NCBI GenBank assembly: GCA_031257105.1
Contig: JAIRPG010000048.1
Coordinates: 2,684 to 66,683 of the forward strand
Origin: Treponema sp.
GTDB taxonomy: Bacteria > Spirochaetota > Spirochaetia > Treponematales > Breznakiellaceae
Reading direction: 5' to 3'
Length of the DNA: 64,000 bases
Shown: in pieces, positions 32,393-39,901 of the stretch
Numbering within the stretch: the first letter of the stretch is position 1
How the letters are laid out: every line of letters starts with the position of its first letter
Notes under the pieces: model-generated
Database searches by the model: none
Told to the model about the DNA's origin: nothing
What the model saw: the letters and a program-made list of their open reading frames with translations, nothing else
Program-made: the position numbers and the translations under genes

Positions 32393-35300
32393 CCGGTCGT
32401 ACCGCCGCAGGTGTCGCATTTCATACACGTGCCGTTCCGTATCAGGGTAAAACAACCGCAGGCGGGGCAGGGATCGCCTTCGTAGCCCTTGATTCGAGCT
32501 TGGGCTATTTTGGCGGAGAGGTTTTCGGCTTCATGGGGTCTAAAACCGGCGCTGTTCTTGCCGTGCTGCCGGTGCGATGGCGCGGAACCGCCGGTTCCGG
32601 CGGCGCTCGTTGCCAGCAGGTCTTCGGGTTGAATCTGGCCTAAGTCGGCGCGTTTAAGATAGCTGATTCCCAGATCCCGAAAGATATAGTCAATAACGCT
32701 GGTAGCCATCTTTACATAGTCGTGGCCTTGAACCATGCCGTTCGGCTCGAATTTGGAGAAGGTAAAGGCGTCTACGTATTCCTCCAGGGGAACGCCGTAT
32801 TGGAGCCCCAAGGAGACGGCAATGGCAAAACTATTGAGGAGGCTGCGGAAAGCGGCGCCCTCTTTGTGCATATCCAGAAAAATTTCCCCCAATGCGCCGT
32901 CGGCGTATTCGCCGGTACGGAGAAAAAACGAGTGGCCGCCAATCTTGGCCTTCTGGGTATAACCGGTACGCCGGCTGGGAAGGGGCTTTCTGACGCCCCG
33001 GATGTCCGGTTTGGCGTCGCGCCGGTCTGTCCGGTCTTGCTGCTGAGCCGCCGGCGGATGCGTCGCACCCAGACTCCGTTCCAGTTCCAGGATTGCGTCC
33101 GCCAGCGGGTCTGTTCCGGGGGCAAAGGAAGAGAGGGGTTGGGAGAGCTTGGAGCCGTCCCGGTAGAGCGCCACCGCCTTGAGGCCGCTCTTCCAGGCCA
33201 GCATGTAGGCCCCTTTCACGTCCTCGTAGTTCGCGCCATTGGGCATGTTGATAGTCTTGGAGATCGCCCCGGAAATGAAGGGCTGCACCGCCGCCATCAT
33301 GCCGATATGGGCCGTCCAGGGGATAGAGCGTTTGCCGTTTTTCCCCGAAGGAGTGGCGGTGTCGAAGACCCGGTAGTGCTCTTTTTTGAGCCCCGGCGCG
33401 CCTTCAAGCCCCATCGTCCCGCAGGTATAGCGCTCCGCTTCCTCAATATCCTCGCCGGTAAAGCCCAGCGCTTTAAGGAGGCTGAACCCCGGCAGCGACC
33501 AGGCGGCCTCCGGGATGTTCAGGGTCTTTTCCACAAAATCCCTGCCCAGGATCCAGGGGTTAAAGACCCCTTCCAGGCTGAGGCTCGTCTTGACCGCTTC
33601 CTCCGCCGCCGCGAGGGCTTCCGGCGTAAAGCCCTTTGCTTCAAGCGCCTCCGGGTTGATGCCCGGCGCCCCGGCAAAGGTCTTGTGCCCCGTGGCGTAG
33701 GCGATGATCTCCTCGATTTCTTGGGAACCGTAGCCCAGGCTTTCCAGCGCCGGGGGCGCCGACCGGTTGATGATCTTGAAGTACCCCCCGCCTTCCAGTT
33801 TTTTGAACTTTACCAGGGCAAAGTCCGGTTCTACGCCGGTGGTGTCGCAGTCCATAAGGAGGCCGATGGTACCGGTAGGGGCAATGGCGCTCACCTGAGC
33901 GTTCCTAAAACCATGTGCGTTTCCCAATTCAAGCGCCGTGTCCCAGGCTTCCCGGGCGGCTTTGAGAAGGTACGGAGGGCAGGCGGCGGAATCGAGCCCC
34001 TGGGGAATGGTACGCAGCGCCTCATACTCAGCGGCGGGGGCGTTGTACGCCGCCCGGCGGTGATTACGGATCACCTTGAGCATAGCGTCTTTGTTCTCCC
34101 CGTAGCGGAGGAAGGCTCCAAGCCCCGCCGCCATCCGGGCGGACTGGGCGTACGCCTCCCCGGTGAGGATCGCCGAAAGGCACCCCGCCACTCCCCTGCC
34201 TTCGGCGGAATCGTAGGCCAACCCCATTACCATAAGAAGGCTTCCCAGGTTGGCGTAACCGAGCCCGAGCGTTCGGTACTCATAGGAGAGTTGTGCGATG
34301 CGGGGGGCGGGGAATTGCGCCATAACCACGGAAATTTCCAGAATGGTTGTCCAGATACGGATGGCGTGGCGGTAGCCTTCGATGTCGAAGGTTCCGCGCT
34401 TTGGATCATACAGGGAAGCTAGATTAAGAGACGCCAGGTTACAGGCCGTATCATCGAGGAACATATACTCCGAGCAGGGGTTAGAGGCCCGAATCTCTCC
34501 GCCTGCAGGGCAGGTATGCCAGTCGTTGATGGTGCTGTGGTACTGGAGCCCCGGATCGGCGCACTGCCAGGCGGATCGGGCCGCTTGTTCCCAGAGCGCG
34601 CGGGCCTTGACGGTCTTTCCGGCCTCCCCGGAGACCCGGCCCGTAAGGGGCCAGTCCCGGTCTTCCCGCACGGCGCGCATAAACGCATCGCTCACCCGAA
34701 GGCTGTTGTTGGAAGCTTGGCCCGATACGGTATTGTACGCTTCATCATCCCACGCGGTGGTAAAAACCGGAAGATTCATCTCGGCGTCCCCTTGTTCCAA
34801 CCGCCTGAGAAGCTGATACAAGTAGACGGGGGGAATCTTATCCTCCAGGGCGGCTCGTAAGGCCGCAGCGAGTTCGAGGTTCTTTCCGGCGTTGAATTTA
34901 TCCGCGTCAGGCCCCCGGAAGGAAGCCAGCGCTTTTTTGATGGCTTCCATATTTTTTTTTATAAGAGTCGATCCGGTAACCAGAGACGCGACCTTGTGCT
35001 CCTCCGCGGCCTTCCAGCCGATGTAGCTTTCTACATCAGGGTGATCCGCGTCCAGGGTTACCATCTTGGCGGCCCGCCTCGTCGTGCCGCCGGACTTAAT
35101 GGCCGACGCCGACCGGGCGCCGATTTTGAGGAACGAGAGGAGTCCCGAAGACACCCCGCCGCCGGAAAGCCGCTCGTTCAGCCCCCGGATTCGGGAGAAG
35201 TTGGAACCGGCGCCGGAACCGTACTTAAAAAGCCGGGCTTCCCTGGTTACCAGATCCATGATGCCCCCCTCGTTTACCAGATCGTCATCAATAGAAAGGA

Positions 35301-35901
35301 TGAAACAGGCGTGGGGCTGGGGCCGTTTGTACGCGCTGTCCGATTTTTTCACCTTCCCTTCACGCGGATCGAAGTAGCAATGCCCCTGGGCAGGCCCGTC
35401 GATGCCGTAAACCGCGTAGAGCCCGGTGTTGAACCACTGGGGGCTGTTGGGCGCCGCCATCTGGTGGGCAAGCATATAGCAGGTCTCATCGTAGAACGCC
35501 TTAGCATCCGCGTCCGTGTCAAAGTAGCCGTTTTGCCGGCCCCAATCCATCCACGTATAAGCGAGCCGGTGGAAAACCTGGCGGGCGTCGTGTTCAGCCC
35601 CGTCTTCGGGCAGATCGTTCCCCACATCTCCCGGCGAAAATTCCGGCGATGTTTTACCGTTCTCTGGCCGCGCCCAGTCTTTCCAGGCGTAGATCCGGTC
35701 CGCCGGAACGCCGGCTTTACGAAAATACTTCTGCGCGAGTATATCCGCGGCTATCTGGCTCCAAAAAGCCGGAACAATCACCGTATCGGCCTGAAAAACC
35801 GCCTTTCCATCAGGATTGCGGATCTCGCTCCTGCGTTTTTCCCACACAATATCCTTATACGGCCCCGTATCGGGACCGGTAAAAAACCGCTCGAATTGCA
35901 T
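32383..35901 (-). CDS. nrdJ: adenosylcobalamin-dependent (class II) ribonucleotide reductase
   Basis: MQFERFF...IVWEKR...[18 protein letters not shown], catalytic NPCSEY, and a C-terminal CxxC...CxxC zinc ribbon. The second ATG (35901) was chosen because GGAGGAG lies 8 nt upstream. Confidence 0.9.
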   Translation of the reverse strand: MQFERFFTGPDTGPYKDIVWEKRRSEIRNPDGKAVFQADTVIVPAFWSQIAADILAQKYFRKAGVPADRIYAWKDWARPENGKTSPEFSPGDVGNDLPEDGAEHDARQVFHRLAYTWMDWGRQNGYFDTDADAKAFYDETCYMLAHQMAAPNSPQWFNTGLYAVYGIDGPAQGHCYFDPREGKVKKSDSAYKRPQPHACFILSIDDDLVNEGGIMDLVTREARLFKYGSGAGSNFSRIRGLNERLSGGGVSSGLLSFLKIGARSASAIKSGGTTRRAAKMVTLDADHPDVESYIGWKAAEEHKVASLVTGSTLIKKNMEAIKKALASFRGPDADKFNAGKNLELAAALRAALEDKIPPVYLYQLLRRLEQGDAEMNLPVFTTAWDDEAYNTVSGQASNNSLRVSDAFMRAVREDRDWPLTGRVSGEAGKTVKARALWEQAARSAWQCADPGLQYHSTINDWHTCPAGGEIRASNPCSEYMFLDDTACNLASLNLASLYDPKRGTFDIEGYRHAIRIWTTILEISVVMAQFPAPRIAQLSYEYRTLGLGYANLGSLLMVMGLAYDSAEGRGVAGCLSAILTGEAYAQSARMAAGLGAFLRYGENKDAMLKVIRNHRRAAYNAPAAEYEALRTIPQGLDSAACPPYLLKAAREAWDTALELGNAHGFRNAQVSAIAPTGTIGLLMDCDTTGVEPDFALVKFKKLEGGGYFKIINRSAPPALESLGYGSQEIEEIIAYATGHKTFAGAPGINPEALEAKGFTPEALAAAEEAVKTSLSLEGVFNPWILGRDFVEKTLNIPEAAWSLPGFSLLKALGFTGEDIEEAERYTCGTMGLEGAPGLKKEHYRVFDTATPSGKNGKRSIPWTAHIGMMAAVQPFISGAISKTINMPNGANYEDVKGAYMLAWKSGLKAVALYRDGSKLSQPLSSFAPGTDPLADAILELERSLGATHPPAAQQQDRTDRRDAKPDIRGVRKPLPSRRTGYTQKAKIGGHSFFLRTGEYADGALGEIFLDMHKEGAAFRSLLNSFAIAVSLGLQYGVPLEEYVDAFTFSKFEPNGMVQGHDYVKMATSVIDYIFRDLGISYLKRADLGQIQPEDLLATSAAGTGGSAPSHRQHGKNSAGFRPHEAENLSAKIAQARIKGYEGDPCPACGCFTLIRNGTCMKCDTCGGTTGCS

Positions 35902-36007
35902 TGTACACTCCTCCATTCCCCGCCGTTCCCCGCCTCTCCCCTCCCCGCCTCGTAAGGCGACGAGGCTCCCTGGTAACCAGGTTACCAGCTTACCAGTTTA
36001 CCAAGCT

Positions 36008-36054
36008 ACGGCATATATAGCGGAACATGAATTAACATATACTATATAAAGTAG
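36008..36054. promoter_or_regulatory. two NrdR-box-like 16-mers, centres 31 bp apart
   Basis: acggcatatatagcgg (36008-36023, 11/16) and atactatataaagtag (36039-36054, 12/16), scored against the remembered NrdR consensus acaCwAtATaTwGtgt. Box 2 fills the promoter spacer and box 1 sits just downstream of the predicted start site. Confidence 0.3.
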
Positions 36055-36062
36055 TATGTCAA
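36034..36062 (-). promoter_or_regulatory. candidate sigma-70 promoter of nrdJ
   Basis: Minus strand TTGACA (36062-36057), 17-nt spacer, TATGTT (36039-36034). This predicts a leader of about 125 nt. Confidence 0.45.
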
Positions 36063-36079
36063 GAATGGAGGGTAATTGG

Positions 36080-36109
36080 TTGATTTTTCAGCCGGGTCTA
36101 TGGTATACT
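36080..36109 (+). promoter_or_regulatory. candidate extended -10 promoter of the RlpA-like gene
   Basis: TTGATT (36080-36085), 18-nt spacer ending TGG, TATACT (36104-36109). Caveat: the predicted start site would fall on the AAGGAGG ribosome-binding site. Confidence 0.3.
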
Positions 36110-36128
36110 AAACAAGGAGGCGGCGGCA

Positions 36129-36743
36129 ATGAAAATCTTAATCTTTATAGATTTACTAGGATTTGTGCTCTTAGGGCCTTGTATTGCCCAGGACAATGAA
36201 ACAGGCAACGCCAGGTGGCACGTGTCCTCCAACTCTATTCAGTATGCGGCTCATGCGACTATTCCTATTGGAACGAATATAAAGGTAACGAACATTGCCA
36301 GCGGTGACTGGATAGTTCTTCCGGTAGGGGGGCGTATCCCAGAAGATCCTGTTTTGAAAGTGGATCTTTACCTGACCGCCGGAGAAGCGCGAAAATTAAA
36401 AATGAATTCAAGCGGCGTAACGGCGGTACGAATCGAGAAAATTCCCCGAGTTATAGCGACTCGGGTTGCCCGTACCCAACTCCGCAATTTCATTCAGACC
36501 GGAAACGCGATAATTGGGGATTTGGAAGCCGAAGCGGAAGGGTTCTTCGCGGCTCACGCCAGTTTGCCCCTGGGAACGAAGGTGCGGATAATGAACTGGA
36601 GTAACGGGAAGCAGACCGTTGTGACCATTACCACCCGCAACAGAGCCAGGACGGATAGAATTATCGAACTGTCTTTTTCAGCGGCTTACGCCTTGGGAAT
36701 AAGAGACTTCGCCGAAGTAACGATACGAACGCTCGATAACTAG
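36129..36743 (+). CDS. secreted protein with two tandem RlpA-like DPBB domains, no SPOR domain
   Basis: Signal peptide, then AAHATIPIGTNIKVTNIASGDWIVLPVGGR and again AAHASLPLGTKVRIMNWSNGKQTVVTITTRNR. AAGGAGG lies 8 nt upstream of the ATG. Confidence 0.7.
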   Translation: MKILIFIDLLGFVLLGPCIAQDNETGNARWHVSSNSIQYAAHATIPIGTNIKVTNIASGDWIVLPVGGRIPEDPVLKVDLYLTAGEARKLKMNSSGVTAVRIEKIPRVIATRVARTQLRNFIQTGNAIIGDLEAEAEGFFAAHASLPLGTKVRIMNWSNGKQTVVTITTRNRARTDRIIELSFSAAYALGIRDFAEVTIRTLDN

Positions 36744-36770
36744 TGTCTGTCTATAATGTAGACAGACACT
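36742..36770. repeat. palindromic element copy 3 (AGTGTCTGTCTA-taatg-TAGACAGACACT)
   Basis: 12-bp perfect stem with a 5-nt loop. It starts inside the TAG stop codon (36741-36743). A partial right arm, ATAGACAC, follows at 36773-36780. Confidence 0.9.
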
Positions 36771-36796
36771 CGATAGACACAAAAAGGGAGGAAAAA

Positions 36797-37852
36797 ATGA
36801 AGATGATAAAAGGAACGCTCCTGTTGGTAGTGTTGATGGGGATAGTTTTACCGCTTTCCGCTCAAACGAGGCGGCAGTTGGTTCTCTATACCTGGGAAGA
36901 AATGTTTCCCGCGTCGGTGCTGAACGGGTTTAAGGCGGACTATAAACGAAAGAACAATGTGGATATCGATATTGTATATAAAAATTTCGAGATGAACGAA
37001 GATATGCTCGCCGAACTGGAAAGGACGAAAGGGAGCGGGTACGATCTGGTGATTGCCGATGACTATATCACTGAATTCGTCGTTCAAGAAGGTTTGGCTC
37101 AAAGACTGAACAAAACCAAACTTTCCAATTTTCGTAATATAAACCCCTTCTACCAGCACCAGTACTACGATCCCAACGATGACTATACCGTTCCCTATGG
37201 AGCCGGGGTTCAGACCATCATATACAATCCGGCAAAGGTGCGGAAGAATATCACCGGGTACAGCGATCTATGGAGCAATGACCTGCGCCTTTCGGTGGGA
37301 TTGGTCGGTAACTACCGGGTAGTAAACGGTATAGCCCTCAAAGTGCTGGGAAAGAGCTACAACACGGAAGTAATAGCCGATATTAACGCCGCGGGCCAGC
37401 GGCTCCTGACATTGGCGCCGAACATTCTCCTGCTGGATGATTTTTCTCTGGATCAGGAACTTTTATCCGGCGCTATATCCGTGGCGGTAACGTATACCGA
37501 TCAGGTTTTTAGGGCGCGGCAACAGAACCCTAACCTGAAGGTGGTTTTTCCCAATGAAGGGATAGGGTTCGGCATCATGGCGGCCTTTATCCCCAGCAGG
37601 GCGGCAAATTCAGACGCGGCTCACGCATTTTTGAATTACCTCCTCGACGCCAAGGTGGGGGCGCAGTGTTTTGAGCACCTTGGTTATTACTGTACCTTCA
37701 AAGCGTCGGAAGCGGAGCTTAACCCCCGGCTGAAAGATCTGCTGATTCTGCCCAATTTTAACAGTTTTGAAATGATCGAAAACCTTACACTAGAGGCTGA
37801 TGACGCGCATAATCAGATTTGGGTACAATTTTTAGCGTCAATTGGAAGATAA
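36797..37852 (+). CDS. PotD/PotF-like periplasmic polyamine-binding protein (ABC-type SBP fold)
   Basis: Signal peptide MKMIKGTLLLVVLMGIVLPLSAQ. LVLYTWEEMFP...GYDLVIADDY...VPYGAGVQTIIYN...FPNEGIGFGIMAAFIP resembles spermidine/putrescine binding proteins. GGGAGG lies 5 nt upstream. Confidence 0.75.
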   Translation: MKMIKGTLLLVVLMGIVLPLSAQTRRQLVLYTWEEMFPASVLNGFKADYKRKNNVDIDIVYKNFEMNEDMLAELERTKGSGYDLVIADDYITEFVVQEGLAQRLNKTKLSNFRNINPFYQHQYYDPNDDYTVPYGAGVQTIIYNPAKVRKNITGYSDLWSNDLRLSVGLVGNYRVVNGIALKVLGKSYNTEVIADINAAGQRLLTLAPNILLLDDFSLDQELLSGAISVAVTYTDQVFRARQQNPNLKVVFPNEGIGFGIMAAFIPSRAANSDAAHAFLNYLLDAKVGAQCFEHLGYYCTFKASEAELNPRLKDLLILPNFNSFEMIENLTLEADDAHNQIWVQFLASIGR

Positions 37853-37861
37853 TACCGGGTA

Positions 37862-39892
37862 ATGGAAGCAAAGGTTGTTACCCGGGACTACATAAAAAAT
37901 TTCTTCAGACTGGAAGATTCAGCGAAAGACCGGCGTATTCTCGATTATATTATGGAGCGGCTGGTACTACGGGAATATCACCATAACAGTTATATTTGCC
38001 GTATTGGAGACGCCGCCAAAGCCATGTACTTTATCGAGGCCGGAGTGGTGAATGTACTCGGCGGCAAGGATGAAATCATCAATCAGCTCTACCCGGGGCG
38101 TTATTTTGGTGAAATCGCCGCCTTAACTGACGAGAAGCGTAGTTCCGCTATCCGGGCTAACGGAACGGTACTGGTGTATGAGCTTGACAAGCATATTCTA
38201 AATACCCTGACCACGACCCACAAGAAGATCTACGGTATTTTCCTCCAGAACGTCTATGATCAAGCGTCGGAAAAATACCGCAGCCTTATTAGAACGCTCA
38301 ATTTACGACGAGGCCAGGGCATCTCCGGCGCCCGGAAGAAATCAACCCCGGTGTCGCTGTTTATCAACTATTACCTGGTATTTTTTATTTTTCTTAATCT
38401 CTTTCTCTTTTGCCCTACCCCGGCCCAAGGCAGGCTGCCCCCGGTACTGCTCTGTTCTCCCCTCATATTCCTGGTGGGCTATATCATTATTACCAAACGC
38501 GCCTTGGAATCGCTGGTTCTTTCGATGATGTACCTGGCAATTATGATGGCGAAGCTCAACTTTATCGTAACCTTCACCGGGCAGATAGCGGCGACAATTA
38601 TCGAAACAACGGATCTGCTGCTTATTGTGCTGTTGATGGGCGTTTTAACCCGGCTTTTTTCAGCTTCCGGGAGCATCAACGCCCTCAAGTATGTGGCGGA
38701 ACAGGCGATCAAAACAGCCAAAGGCACTATGCTGGCAGCTTTCTGTTCGATGTTTCTTATCGCTATCGATGAATACCTCTGCATCCTCGTAAACGGCGCC
38801 TGTTTTAGGGCCTTGGCCGATGACAAACGGATACCTCGTGAAAAATCTTCCATTGTGATGGGGATGATGCCGGGGGCGCTGTGCATACTTAACCCAATTT
38901 CCCTTACCGGCATATACCTTACCGGTCTTATCGTCATAAACAGCGGGCGGCGGGGGCTGTTCATCCAGGCGGCGCGGTTCAACTTTAGCGCCATACTAAC
39001 CTTGATAATCATTCTCCTTTTAGCCTTAGAAAGGCTGCCCTTGGCGGGGGATCTGAGAAAAGCGGTTCGCCGGGTAAAAGAAGGCGGCGCGCTGTGGCCC
39101 CCCGGCACCGATGACGGAGGCGATGACGATACGAAAAACCGGGGCAGGGTGATAAACCTGGCGCTTCCCGTCTTCGTATTGATAGGTTCGTCGGTGGCGT
39201 TAGGCAGTCTGGAGGCGGGCGTTTTTTCAGTGAACGTGCTCTCCGGTTTGATCATAACGCTGGTTGTAACTTTTTTTCTCTACTGTTTTCAGCAATACAT
39301 GACGCCGGATCAGTACTTTAACCATGTGATCCATGGCATAGAAAGTATGCTCGTCCCGGTCGTTATGTTCATCATGGGTAAGTGTTTCGCGTCCGGAATG
39401 GATGAAATCGGCTTTTCCGCGTGGCTCAACGAGGCGGTGAAAGGGCTCATTGCCGGCCAGGAATGGCTTCTGCCGGCGCTCATATTCGGCGTCTTTACCC
39501 TGGTAGGCGCGCTTTTCGATAACCCCTGGGCGATGTACGCCATCGGCATCCCCATCGCGGGGGAACTTGCCCTATCGGTGAACGGCAACGCCGGTCTTTT
39601 CACCGGCGCGGTCTGCGCGGCGGGTCTTATTGGGAACGAGATCGCCCTGGGAGATATTTTCTTTATCGGCCCTATGCTCGGCGTAAATCCCATGGCCTAT
39701 TACCGCGCCAAGCTGCCCTACGTAATCCTCATCACCGCGCTGTCATTCGGGCTCTATGGGGGAATAGGGTACTATGAGGCATTTAGCATCTCGTCTGGCG
39801 CGGCGGAGAAATTGCTCCTCTTCCTCGGCTCCTTAGTGGATATGCTCGGGGGATGGGGGCGGTACATTCTGGATACGTTCTTCTTGTATTAA
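37862..39892 (+). CDS. fusion protein: N-terminal cyclic-nucleotide-binding domain plus polytopic NhaC-like secondary-transporter domain
   Basis: Residues about 1-150 look like CAP/CNBD, with the phosphate-binding cassette FGEIAALTDEKRSSAIRA. The remainder has at least 10 hydrophobic helices with general similarity to the NhaC-type C-terminal domain (family call by eye, needs an HMM check). Confidence 0.65.
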   Translation: MEAKVVTRDYIKNFFRLEDSAKDRRILDYIMERLVLREYHHNSYICRIGDAAKAMYFIEAGVVNVLGGKDEIINQLYPGRYFGEIAALTDEKRSSAIRANGTVLVYELDKHILNTLTTTHKKIYGIFLQNVYDQASEKYRSLIRTLNLRRGQGISGARKKSTPVSLFINYYLVFFIFLNLFLFCPTPAQGRLPPVLLCSPLIFLVGYIIITKRALESLVLSMMYLAIMMAKLNFIVTFTGQIAATIIETTDLLLIVLLMGVLTRLFSASGSINALKYVAEQAIKTAKGTMLAAFCSMFLIAIDEYLCILVNGACFRALADDKRIPREKSSIVMGMMPGALCILNPISLTGIYLTGLIVINSGRRGLFIQAARFNFSAILTLIIILLLALERLPLAGDLRKAVRRVKEGGALWPPGTDDGGDDDTKNRGRVINLALPVFVLIGSSVALGSLEAGVFSVNVLSGLIITLVVTFFLYCFQQYMTPDQYFNHVIHGIESMLVPVVMFIMGKCFASGMDEIGFSAWLNEAVKGLIAGQEWLLPALIFGVFTLVGALFDNPWAMYAIGIPIAGELALSVNGNAGLFTGAVCAAGLIGNEIALGDIFFIGPMLGVNPMAYYRAKLPYVILITALSFGLYGGIGYYEAFSISSGAAEKLLLFLGSLVDMLGGWGRYILDTFFLY

Positions 39893-39901
39893 CCCCTGCG
39901 T

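Noticed and set aside
32722-34422. 566-aa ORF on the plus strand, with other long antisense ORFs at 34996-35955, 21708-22661, 46508-47473, 47373-48233, 48503-49225, 28500-29486, 6124-7089, 41991-42947, 40908-41729, 22315-23157 and 11459-12277.
   Set aside because: Each lies antisense to, or out of frame with, a gene whose product is unmistakable (nrdJ, ptsI/der, fliG, fliF, the DUF4965 gene, the kinase, MATE, NaPi, HAD). Their translations are Arg/Gly/Pro-rich with no motifs, which is the usual artefact of GC-rich DNA with few stop codons.
34952-34960. A9/T9 homopolymer runs inside essential genes (nrdJ 34952-34960, topA 55990-55998, ftsW 62726-62734, fliF T8 48422-48429) as phase-variation switches.
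   Set aside because: They encode Lys-Lys-Lys in frame within intact ORFs of essential genes. This is most simply explained by lysine codon usage, and there is no evidence of frameshifted copies.
35902-36030. Cobalamin riboswitch in the nrdJ leader.
   Set aside because: I could find no B12-box-like sequence or the expected multi-stem architecture. A B12-dependent enzyme would also not normally be repressed by B12.
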